Part shown: in pieces, positions 1 to 14,555 of the stretch
Layout of the letters: each line of letters begins with the position of its first letter
How positions within the stretch are numbered: position 1 is the stretch's first letter
Notes under the pieces: generated by a model
What the model saw: the letters and a program-made list of their open reading frames with translations, nothing else
What the model was told of the DNA's origin: nothing
Databases searched by the model: none
Program-made: the position numbers and the translations under genes
DNA from: Adineta vaga
Lineage: Eukaryota; Animalia; Rotifera
Assembly: GCA_021613535.1 (NCBI GenBank)
Contig: CP075494.1
Span: 12,152,001-12,216,000, forward strand
Direction of reading: 5' to 3'
Length of the DNA: 64,000 nt

Positions 1-375
1 GATGTAAACTATTGTTAGTTAAACTTACGTTATCCATATTGGGAAAAGAACTCAAAAAAAACAATAGAACAAATAATATCGAGAAATATTTCAAAATACA
101 ACTTTTCAGACAGATGATGTTGAAGGTTGTCTTCATTATACTACTCTAATGTTATCTATTTTTTCTTTTTGCAGACATTTCAACTTGAAAATATTGAATT
201 ACACCCATACAGCTGAGTTCTTCTGTCCTTCATAATCATCACTATTCTTCTTCTTCTTCTTCTTTTCGAATAAATATCTTGTAAATGGAAGTTTTTATTG
301 AAGAAATGAATTGATATACAAGAAGAAAAAAAACATTCGAATTATATTCTAATCTTAAAGATTGCGATTATCTTA

Positions 376-2874
376 TTAACCATATAGATGTCCGATGAAC
401 AATAATAATATTAAATAAATATTATTATTCATTAGTTTCATTGAAGATGATGATAAACTTGCTAAAATTTTTCCTGATGACGGTGATGGTGATATTGTTG
501 TTGAAATCCATGCTGGATTTTCATAATTAAATGCTGGATGATTAATCATCGATTTTGACATACCTGATTCATAATTACCACAATGACCATTTAAGATCGG
601 TTGAGCAGGTATTCCTCGTCTAAACAAATAGAAATTATATCAACTGATCAACTCGAATACAAACCGTAATAAACGACATCGATGAACATCCTGTGTAGAA
701 AAAAGATTCAATGAGAAATGAAGATATGAATTTATTTAAAAGTTTTACCAATCGAAACTGAGCATCTTCTGAATTATTGACACTTGCTGAACTCCATAAT
801 CGTTCAGCGACTGCAGATGCTTTTGGCCAAAATCGTGATAATAAATTTGTTCCATCAACAAATTCACCCCAAAGACAAGCTTCTCCGCCAAGAATACGTT
901 CTTTTGCTTCTTTTGATCCTACAAAAGATTCCTTATCATACTAATTCTCCTTTCAAATCTCCTACCTGAAAATTGTCGCAATGGTTCTACTTCATAATAT
1001 TTAAAAAATTCCAAATTCATCACTGATGCATCTGTATTATATTTTCCATAATTGATATAATTCAAATACCAAGGACTAGATAATATAACATTATAACCTT
1101 CATTGGCTGCTCTATTTAAATATGATGCCCATGAATCAAATTCAATATTATCACTTGAATCTTTCCAAACTTGAATAATTGTATCTGGTGGTAACTGAAT
1201 GAATCATCAATAAGAATTTACAAGAAAAATAAAATGAATGTTATACTTCAACTTTTTCATCCCAAACATCTTGCCAAACAATAGGTTTTACACTAATATT
1301 TCTTGTAATATCAAGAATACGATCAGCATAATATTTATGAAGACTTTTGGTACTTAAAATATTATTATCAACCATCCATTGACGAATATTTGGATTGGAA
1401 AGCCTTGAGAAGAAGATGTTTAAACAATCTTTGAAAAGAAAATAACTTAACTTACCAACACTTATCGTAAACTTCATCCATACCTTATGAAAGTAAAAAC
1501 AAACATTCTTTTCTTATTTATTGAACACGAAATTTCTTTCTTTTTCTTTCTTTTTTGTTTGACATACCAAGATGAATGTAATTCGAAGGAAATCGTTCTT
1601 TGACTTCTCGAAGAAGAGCATCCATTGTTGAATAAACTCGTGGCTCACTTGGATTGAAGATTTCCATTTGACCTTGAATTGAATATATTGCTTGATATGG
1701 TTTACCATGTGTCCAACAGACAGTAATCAATTCAGGCATTGATTTACTCCATGAGAATGTATGACCAGGTGTATCAATCTAATGTATCGAAGAGAAAATA
1801 TTCAAAAGAAAAGTTCACTTATGATTTTACTTCAGGAATGACACGAATACCACGTAATCGAGCATGTTCAATAACGTCAGCAACATCCGCTGGAGTATAG
1901 ACATGATCAGGAGAAAAGGCACCCTAAAATAATGAAAATATTTGAAGAAAGAAGAATAGTCTTACTCTTACCACTCGTGAAAGATTTGGAAATGTTTTAC
2001 TTTCAAATGAAAATGATTGATCATCAACCAAATGCCAATGAAAGACATTGAGTTTATTATATGACATTGTATCCTAATCAAATCTTGCGTAAATTAATGA
2101 TACAAAATAAAACAGAAAAATTACCAAATTCTTTTTAATAATCGAAACTGGTATGAAATGTCGTGCTGAATCAAGCATTACACCACGATGACGAAATCGA
2201 GGACTATCCGTAATATTGACAGAACTATTTATCACTACCTGAATAGATCAAAGATAGAGTCGAATCGTTAAGATGATAAAACTAAACATACATAGTTTTG
2301 TTCGTTAATATAGATTAATTGTGAGAATGTTTCTAAACCATGTAATAAACCCCAAACTGATTCCGCTTCGACTAGTGCAGTCTGTTGTTGAATTGTCAAA
2401 TTATCTATTGAAATGTATATAAGAATTTTATTGAAAGACATTTAAACAACTTACAAGCTTCATTTGAAGTAAGTTCAATATATTTCTCACATTGACTATT
2501 ATTTTTAACATTTAATGTTAAACTTTGCAAAATATTCTTAGTATCTGATGGTGGTTGATGCATATCAAGTGCTGGTGGAAAGAATAATGGCTTATATCGT
2601 TCAATTGCTTTAGAAATAATATCACAAGTATCAAGATTTGAATTGATTTGAAGATTATTCGGACGAATGTACAATAAATCATCGGTAACTTCAATCTTTT
2701 GTGGATGTGGCCATATGGCATTTGGTGATGATGGTTTTCCCTTGAAATTCATTTTCATGCATTTTATTCATTTGAATCAATGGATCAACTTACTCTTAAT
2801 GGATATTTGACTTCAATATAAGTAATTTCACAATGAACATGAAGAAAACATATGATGAAAAGAAGATACTTCAT
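376..2874 (-). CDS. Beta-hexosaminidase (GH20, HexA/B-like), multi-exon, with signal peptide and hydrophobic C-terminal extension
   Basis: Spliced translation starts [15 protein letters not shown] (ATG 2874). It contains [47 protein letters not shown], catalytic HLGMDEV, PIVWQDV, SSPWYLN and [11 protein letters not shown]. Stop at 376-378. Confidence 0.95.
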
Positions 2875-3496
2875 CCTGTTAAATGTATAGAGAAGAAAAG
2901 ACGAAACAATTGTTCGAACTGATCAAATCACTAGGCTTATTGTCCGTTGTTTCGTTTTCTATTTAAACAAGTTCGTTCGATGATCGTTGAATAAATATGA
3001 TCAAGTTTACATCATCATTATCAATAGAAGAAGAAATTTATAGATGAAGAAAGGGTTTTCCGGTTTATTTTGTCTCTTCAAACACAGACACACACACACG
3101 TACACATACATACATACATATATATGTTTGATCTACCTTACTGAATAGTTGATGATGATAATAATACGCATATACTAGCATAGGACACAACAACAAATAA
3201 AAAAAAGACATTTTTCTTTTCGTCTAAGTTTCTTTATCTCTGAACTGAAGATGAATCCTTGATTTTGCCTTTATAAATCAGAACACGCTATGTTTTTTCG
3301 CGTCTTAATAACAACAACAGTAATAATAATAACCAACGAAACAGAAGAAAAAGAAAAAACCGAGAGTTAACAAAATGAGTTGAGATAATCGAACTGCGCA
3401 TGACAGGAGAAAAAAAACGAAATGAGAGAACATAAAAAGACGATCTATGTGTGTGTATATATGTCAATGTGTTTGCTTGTTTATTTTATTTTTTTT

Positions 3497-5876
<2,380 letters not shown>

Positions 5877-6075
5877 AGTTTTTGTTATTTAGCGCTGTTG
5901 TTGGGTTTTTCAACGTTTTTTTTTTAAATATATATGTTTTTTAAAGGGTTTAAAGAGTAGATAGGGTAGTTAACGTATTTTCTGCTTTTGAAAGAGATTT
6001 TACGTTTTTTTTGGCTCACACAAAGGTGAAATTTCAGAAAAGTTTTATCGATTTTTTTGTGCTTTTTTTTGTACC
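5877..6075 (-). promoter_or_regulatory. A-rich 5' leader of PABP, candidate autoregulatory element
   Basis: Several oligo(T) runs on + (oligo(A) in the mRNA sense) directly upstream of the PABP ATG, e.g. 5916-5925, 6005-6012, 6052-6058 and 6063-6070. Confidence 0.55.
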
Positions 6076-8085
6076 AACAAGAGACTGCGCACGCGCACAC
6101 ACACGACTACACACACACTAGTAAAGTGACGAAAGAGAAAATCTGATTAACGTGGGTGGATAGGGTAGTGACGATGTGCGATGTAGGAAGGTTGATAAGA
6201 CAGATTTTTCTGAAGGTTATTTTTGAATAGCTTCAAATTTGGTCTATATATGGAAATTATAATTAAATTTATTAAGAATAATTTTTTGAGTACGAAAGAA
6301 AAAGAATGTTTGTACTTTTTTTGAACATTTTATTTTATTTCGATTGGTTTTCGTTTATTAACCAATGAGAAAACGACATAGTGATTCATTCCTTTCACAA
6401 TACTTATACTTACATTACTTTATTCATTCTATTTCAACAAACTAGGATAGGATAGGATATGAAGATGATGATGAAATGAGAGAAAATTTTCTTTGTATTT
6501 GTACTTAAAAGATGGAAATAATAAATATTTAATTATTTTTGAAATGACGTCATCGAAAGGACTTCCCTCCAATAAAAGTAAATCAGTTGTCTTGATCACT
6601 CTCTTGAACAAAAATGGTTTTACTAATACATTCGTTTTGTTTCTAAAGAATTGGATTGAATATAGAAATATTCATATGATTCATCATTGAACGTATTTCT
6701 TTTTGTATTCGCAGCAAAAGTTAATTCTTTCGAGTTGAAAATAAAAAGAACATCCCATTCTGAACTAAAGTTCAATTGTACTCATTATTGTAATTTCTTC
6801 AGTATGTTCTATCTCTCGAACATTTTGATAAGCTTGAGTTATAATTAATAAATCATTTAATAGAAAATACATCGAATGGAACTGCGACATTTTGAATGTT
6901 TCTGTTAGACTAATCTACTCTGTCAATCAGTCATTACCGAAAAGTCCATAATAGATGCGTACAGTCTATTGCTATTGAGAACATCAGATTTCATTACCGT
7001 CATTTGTTATGCAGTGATTGACACGAAACGTTGTCTTATATTTCGAGTCTGATATTCTCAACAATCGATACGATTTCAAAGGACATCTATCGGAAGATCT
7101 TCTATGTTACAAACTAACGTCGGTGAAGCATGGACTGTGGATTCAATGTTTAAATCACACATATGACAACAACAAGAATTTGCAATCCAATCTTTGTTTC
7201 ATGAAATCTAAATATCGTTCGTTGTTGATACAATTAGAATGGTAACGTGACTATTAGTGTGTACTCGAACGAAGGTTATTATCTGAAATTTGATTTTCCA
7301 TTATTTTACCTTGATAAATCGTTGATATCAAGGACAGCAATGCAACAAAACAGAATTATTTTTACTGATCTGTAAACTTGCGATGAATATAATTATTCCA
7401 ATTCACAAACTATTCAAATGAAGACCCAACGATGCCATTTGAAACCGATCTCAAAATTGAAACCTTTCAAACGATTACCAGCCGGTTTTTTTATTTTCTA
7501 GAAAATGCAGACAGTACAATTGAGTTTTTTAGAATTACGCTTGTTGAATGCAAGACATATCATTTATTAAACTTTCTTTGCAGTTGAAAAAAACTCGATA
7601 GTGAAGAAAGAAAAATAAAGATTTCATGGTCTCATTTCAGATTTGACAATAAACGAAAAGAAAAACACGAACTCTATGGGAGAACAGGTAGGAAGAAACG
7701 AAAAATAACATCACTGCTGAGTGTTCTTCTGTTGCTATTAACAAATATTTTATTGGTCTTTATTTTCTTATCAAACAAATTCAATTTCATCGCTATTAAA
7801 CTTGCATTATCTAAGCATGGATGAATATGTTTTTTAACAAGATGTTGACGGCACTACTATAGATCATTACTTGCTTAATACTCCGCTCTAGATACACAAT
7901 TATACTATCAACACTTCTCACATTAATCACCAAACACACTCAATAAAAACACTTTCTCTTATTCTTTAAACAATGCGACGTGTAAGTATTGAGAATAATA
8001 AACTTTCTCGACTAACAAATTCAATTAATTCTGACGTAAAGATACTTGTTACTGGATATATATAATCATTGTATTATATTTAAAG

Positions 8086-9369
8086 ATGTCAAGAAAAGAT
8101 CCACGTGTATGGATAAGCTTAATTGCACTTGTTCTACAAAATACAAGCCTCGTTCTTGTTTTACGTTATTCACGAACTGTTAAAACAGAAAAATACCTAT
8201 CATCAACAGCTATTGTTACTGCAGAAGCTATCAAAGGACTCCTGTCGGTCTTACTTGTTTGGTGGGAAAATGGTATTTGACACTTGAAATTTCTTTGAAA
8301 GTGATATCAATCATGATTTATTTACATAGGTTGTTCAATCAATCGTTTTTTTCGTGTAGTACATGACGAAATATATTCTAAACCTTATGAAACATCGAAA
8401 TTAGCTATACCAAGTGGAATCTATGCTGTTCAAAATAATCTTTTATTTATTGCATTATCTTATCTCAATGCAGCAACATATCAAGTAACTTATCAATTAA
8501 AAATTCTTACAACTGCTATATTCTCAGTGTATATGGTTGGAAAAAAATTAGAACAACATCAATGGTTTTCGTTAGTAATGCTTGCTATTGGTGTTGCACT
8601 TGTTACAGTAAGATAAGTTGTGAAAATAAAACATTGTGAGAAAACCAACTTCGTTTGTCACTTTCTAGTGGCCAACATCCGATGAAACGACAAAACGTTC
8701 AATAAATCAAAATCAAGTTACTTGGTTTCAACAATCAATGGGTTTCAGTGCAGTATTATTATCCGCAGTTACATCCGGTTTCAGTGGAGTTTATTTCGAA
8801 AAACTTCTTAAAACGAGTTCATCATCAGTATGGGTGAAAAACATTCAATTAGGTTAACAACACATGAAAATCATATTCTCTGTTGTATAATAAACATTCC
8901 TTTCATTTTATAGCTATTTTTGGTGTCACTTTTGGATTAATCATTGTCTTTTGTATGGATGGCAGAGCCGTAATCGATAAAGGATTTTTTCAAGGATACT
9001 CGAACGTTGTTTGGGTAGTGATTTTTCTTCAAGTATGTCAAATAGATGAATATTTAATTATGATGAATTGTGATATGTTTATCTAGGCATTTGGTGGACT
9101 AATCATCGCAAATGTTATTAAATACGCCGATAATATTATCAAAGGTTTTGCTACCTCGTTATCGATTGTTTTTTCCTGCATAATTTCTTATTTCTTCCTA
9201 CACGATTTCACGCCAACATCGTAAGTTTTGGCATAATTGAAACTTAGTTCAATCATTTTAATCTAGATTTTTCTACATGGGAACAATGTGTGTATTGACA
9301 GCAACATTTCTCTATGGATGGGAAAAGTCAAAACCAACACTAGCAATTCCCGACCAAGCACATATCTAA
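8086..9369 (+). CDS. SLC35A-family nucleotide-sugar transporter (UDP-galactose/UDP-GlcNAc type), 6 exons
   Basis: [96 protein letters not shown]. Stop TAA 9367-9369. Confidence 0.95.
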
Positions 9370-10411
9370 ATTTTCGTGTGATACAAATCAAGAATCATTA
9401 GTGATATCCCCAATTTTAACCATCCTTTTTGCTTCAATCGATGACGCATATCTGGGACTTGCTTTTCTATTAGCAAAAGTTGAAATCTATTTATTCCTAG
9501 TCGATGTTTTTTTTCTCGTTTTCTTCATTGAAAAAAAAGGACGTTTATTTATTCTATGTATTCATGCCGAACTAATTTTTTCTCTTTTATTTTCATACAC
9601 ACAATATATACAATCTTGTATAAACTTTTTTGTTCCATGTTTGATCAATTTATGAAACAAAACGCTATCGATCTTTTCTTGTCATAATATAAGCATGAAG
9701 ATTAATGTAATAGATCAGTTTCTTCATATCGATTCGTATAAATCAAACGATTTCGTGCGTGACCAAATGCGCAATGCACGTTTAGGATGTTTTAGTGCGA
9801 ATCCAGAGGGTGTCGACAAATTTAACTTTACCTGTGTATCCTTTTCTCTGGTGCGGCATAAGTAGTAACTTTCAAGATTATTCGCTTGAGTCGTTATGAA
9901 GCAGTTTCTACATAAATGTTCTGTGTATATATTGAAAAGAATATTCGTTTCGATGGTCAACGATAAGTATCAACACTACAATTCTGTCTGATATCACGAT
10001 TACTATGAATTTATATAAACAAATCAATGAAGAAAATAAACTACAGTAGAGAATAATATATGATTATAAATATACACCAACAACCTTCTCATCATTATCA
10101 TCTTGTCAAAAGACGAAGAAAAATACGAAATAATCACATGCGTATGAATCGCTGACGTACATAGGCATATGAAATATGATTTGTGATTGATTACCTATAT
10201 TGTTCGGTAAAATTTTATAATTATTATCAGTAGTTTTTATTGAGTATAGGTATTTGTTTCGTTTCTTTACATTGCATTTTATACAACGAAAGTAGAAATA
10301 CCAATATGAAAAGATGGCGTTTTAGTTGGAGAAAGAATCTTGTCAAAAGCACTACGCGCTACGATACGCTGTACATCCTGTTGGTATTAAAAACGAGATT
10401 TGCTTTTCTGA

Positions 10412-10492
10412 CCAATGAAATTTTTCTTGTTTGACTCAGCAAATAAATACAACTGAGTCAACGAAAACTGTGAGTCATCAATATATATATAT
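10412..10492 (+). promoter_or_regulatory. jun promoter: CCAAT box, three AP-1 (TRE) sites and TATA-like tract
   Basis: CCAAT 10412-10416; TGACTCA 10432-10438; TGAGTCA 10454-10460 and 10471-10477; (AT)n 10481-10492. Confidence 0.8.
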
Positions 10493-10702
10493 GCGTTTAC
10501 ACCGAGCACCTACTCATTTTATTCACCTACGCTTTCTCTTTTTTCTTCCTTTATTAATATAATCAGTCGATCAAAACGACTACTTGTACATTTACCTACC
10601 TACAGATATAAAAACACACGTTTTTTCATATTTGAAGTGAAATCAAAATATAGTATTTTATCTTTGATTTCTTTTATTTGATCGAAGATTTTCTATTTCC
10701 CA

Positions 10703-11607
10703 ATGACTGACAATAGTACCAAATATGAAAATGACTCAAATTTAACATATCAAAGATATCCAGGAACAATGCATCCAATGATGACAAACATGTCCGTTGT
10801 TCCTCAAATATCAACACGACCTACAAGTTTAACGATCAATAATCAACACTTAAATAATACAATGTTATTTACTCCAAATCAACAGGATAAATTCTCTCTA
10901 TCAACACCGGAGTTAATCAATGCTTTAGCGACACCATCGTTCAATAATGGACAACCTTCGCCAGGTTTGTATTTTTTCAAATTAACTGCTAAATGATAAG
11001 AATCTTCTATTATTTATTTTTAGGCACGAAAGTATTTGATGAAATGTTTAATATGCCTATGAATAATATCAATCAACAATATTCTTCTGTTCAACCATCG
11101 ATGCATCCTGTTCATCCTAATATGCATCCATTTGTATCTAATGCTGTTCATCAAAAACCAGAATCTATTCCAACACATCGTATGAATCGAACGAATTCTC
11201 AAATATCATCATCACGTCATCGTTCAATTTCATCATCAATGAATGAAAATGATTCATCGAATTCAACAGCTCCATCGAGTCCAACAGGATCATATACATA
11301 TAGTAATCATATTAAAGATGAATTACAACATGTTCCATCAATGAAAACGGGTCATTCAGGCGAACCAAATGACGCAGTAAAAAAAGAGCGTAAACGTGAA
11401 CGAAATCGCCAAGCTGCACAAAAATGTCGTACAAGAAAACTTACGCGTATTGCTGAATTACAAAAACGTGTAAATGATCTACAAGGCAAAAATAAAGATC
11501 TAACAGGTATTGCTGAAAGTCTCAAAACTGATATAAATAAATTAGAAAAACAATTACAAGATCATCATACACAAGGATGTACGTTAATAAATGGTGCATT
11601 ACTATAA
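10703..11607 (+). CDS. jun: AP-1 transcription factor, Jun-type bZIP (~281 aa; intron 10965-11023)
   Basis: Basic-zipper KKERKRERNRQAAQKCRTRKLTRIAELQKRV...LQDHHTQGC matches the Jun pattern ending H..GC. N-terminal RPTSLTI and LSTPELINAL resemble the Jun docking and phosphoacceptor region. Confidence 0.9.
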
Positions 11608-14555
11608 TTAACAAAAAACAAACAATGTATTACTTTTGCTGTTACCTTATTTTCTAGATACGTAGGAAGTGCTTTTTTTTCCTCTTTTTTTCTTGTTTCG
11701 TAATTCGACATTTTAATAAAACATTAATTTGAACAATTGTATCGAAATATTTATTTTTTTATATCATTGTAAAAATATACGTGACGTTATAATATTAATT
11801 ATCTTTCTTTAAACACATACCGAATCTTATGAAATTTATTGTGAAAGAGATTACAGTAACGATAAGACAGTATGTACTGAATAAAAGGCGAAGATACGAT
11901 AGAAGAACAATAGAAAAATTTGCTTTCGATACTATGCGTTTTGCGCACACTTTTTCGCTAAATCAACACGACATTATCATAATCGTACGGATTTAAGAAC
12001 ACTTATTACAGTCACACATGTTATCATGTCTGAAATAGTTCACAAATGATTAGCAAAATAGATTGAAAATAAGAAGCGAAAGATAAATTCGCACATTTGT
12101 GACAGAATTCCTTTTCTTCCGATATAAAAATTGGCCGAACGAGAGAAAAAAAAGTAAAAACAGTCTATATTTGTACTCGACTCCTCAAAACAAAAACCGT
12201 GATATTTGTACTTAACAATCATTTCGAAAAATTTATTCACTACGATGAATCGTTTCTTGACAAATCCTTCAAGTCCGCATGAACACAATATTTAACCAAG
12301 AAATTATGGAGAGTATAAAATTGTATTTCGCACTTTGCTCTGACATACTAAAAACTTAATCAGGATCATTGTTAATAGATTTCTGTCTCAATCGTTCAAA
12401 CTCTTTCTACGTATTCAATCAAAATAATACTCACGTGACTTGATACTAAAAATAAAACTTGTCCATAACAGTTTCATCAAACGTATTTATATGAATATAG
12501 TTAGATACAGATATCTTCCTTTCTTTGTTACCATAGATTTCTACAGTTTCATAAGCGATAAATAAATTCAAAGATTCAGATTGATTTGATTGCAGACGAT
12601 ATTCATCGTCACACATTTTTCTCAGTTGTCATATAAATGTTTTGAATCAATCAAAAAAGATCATCACACATGATTTCTTTTTCATAGTTCAACTTTATCT
12701 TTCAATCAACTAGGTTATATATATATATATAATCTGTTCGTTTATCTATTCAAATGAACATTTTCTTTAACTCATATCTTGAAACAATTGCTCGAGCAGA
12801 AAATGAATCGCATATGTCTCATTAACCATTCTATCATACAAATCAAAAATTCTTCATTCATACATATGAATGTATAATGAAATAAAATATGGGAAGTGTG
12901 ATCACAAATAAATCATTGAATTATTAATGTAATTCTATACCATTTTTTCCCTACAAGTGATCATATGTATAGACTATTCTCATTTGATTATCAGACTATA
13001 GACGAGAAAAATGCATATTATTCATCTGACGCCTAGATATATGACTTGAAAAAAAAAAACTAACAACCTTGTACTAATAAAACATCAATACCAGTTGTGT
13101 ATTTCTATTATCGACAAGTAAAAAAAAAAGTTTCTTTCTTTTTCCTTCGTTGTTATTATTATTCATATTTGTGAAGACTTGTGTCTTCGATTTCTATATA
13201 TATATATATATATCGTCGAGGAAAACACTTCCAATGTTTTCCTCATTGATTCGTCGGAAAATGAAATATTTTCCATCCTTTCGATTACGTTCACTTGGTT
13301 TAGGTTTTTGTAAGTATTATTCAATTGTTTTTATAAACTTAATAGAGCATAGAAGAAAAGGTTCGATTACTTAAAAAGACGCCACTTGAACTGATTCTTC
13401 TTTTCACCAACCTACACCTTTTATTTACATACAAGATTAAATTAATTAGACTAGTAGTGTTGGTCAATAGATTGGTACTTGTTATTCCTAATGCTATGAT
13501 CGAGTATCTAAAGTATGTTATTTGTATGTATATGAATTTAATGAACTAAATTGTACGATCGTCTTTCTTACAATTGAGCAAGCCTGTTTTTAACCCATTT
13601 GAACAATAGATGAAGAAGGGATGGTGGTGGTGGTTAAAAATAACATACTCTTTCTTTTCGTTCTCATTGTCGTATTTCTTTTTTTCAAGAGAGAACAATA
13701 GATCAATAGACGGCACGACAATAGCGTCAGACATTGCCGTCGTCATCTCAGTGATATGTATGTGTCTTTCGTCATCATCTGATTTTATAAGGAATCTAAA
13801 TCGTTGATATTCATTTTGAACATTTTTTTTTCTTCTCCTGATATTAGAGGATCAATAAAACATGAAAAGAATCCGAATGAGCCTTTCTTTCGTAGCTCAA
13901 CACGTTCTATGTATGTGTTTAATCTTTTGTTGATAAACAGATCAATCAATGAAAGGACATCCGTTCAGATTTCTTTCCTATATCGTTTTTGATTGTCTTC
14001 TTCTAATCGAAATTTAGTCATCTAAAGAGAGAAAGAGAGAGAGTATCAGGTAAAAAATCATTGTTTAAGCTACTATAAGATAATGTCTTGACGTTATTCA
14101 TATGTTCAGTGATGCAAAAAAGAACATAAGTTTACTTGTGATTTATCTTCATGTAATATGTTCGACTGCCTTTTTGAAAGAAATCATACAGAGATCAGTC
14201 AGTCGCTTCATTACACATTGACATATATATATGCATATGTCTTGTCTTATTTAAAACGGACGAAAAATTATGATAATCAAACGTTTCTTTTTTGTTAGTT
14301 CTTTCTTTTCTTTTTTTTATCATGACGAGACAGATGCATATAAACGTCATAAAGGAAATTGAACATCTTTCTTTATTTTAATGTACGTCAAAGAGAACGA
14401 AAAGAGACAGTAGTAGGGGTATATTTATATATCTATATTAGTAACTTCTTTTCTTATTGATATTCTTTATCTTCTCCAGATATCGTTTCTTTTTCGTTTT
14501 TTCGTATTTGGATCTTTGTTTATACAAGAAAGAAATCCTATCTACGAAGACATCC

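Noticed and set aside
19-117. Possible terminal exon of an upstream plus-strand gene (LNLRYPYWEKN...FSDR*)
   Set aside because: Short, no recognisable motif, and the upstream context is outside the window.
6700-7500. Stretch with short protein-like frames interrupted by stops, a possible pseudogene or TE relic
   Set aside because: No recognisable family, terminal repeats or target-site duplication; would need tblastx or RepeatModeler.
9724-9960. Slightly GC-richer patch and 78-aa ORF between the transporter and jun
   Set aside because: No snRNA, SL RNA or tRNA motif recognised; TTG start and no homology.
11608-14555. Several 60-82-aa ORFs in a long AT-rich interval
   Set aside because: F/L/I/K-rich translations typical of non-coding AT-rich DNA; probably regulatory DNA and 5' UTR exons of the PDZ gene.
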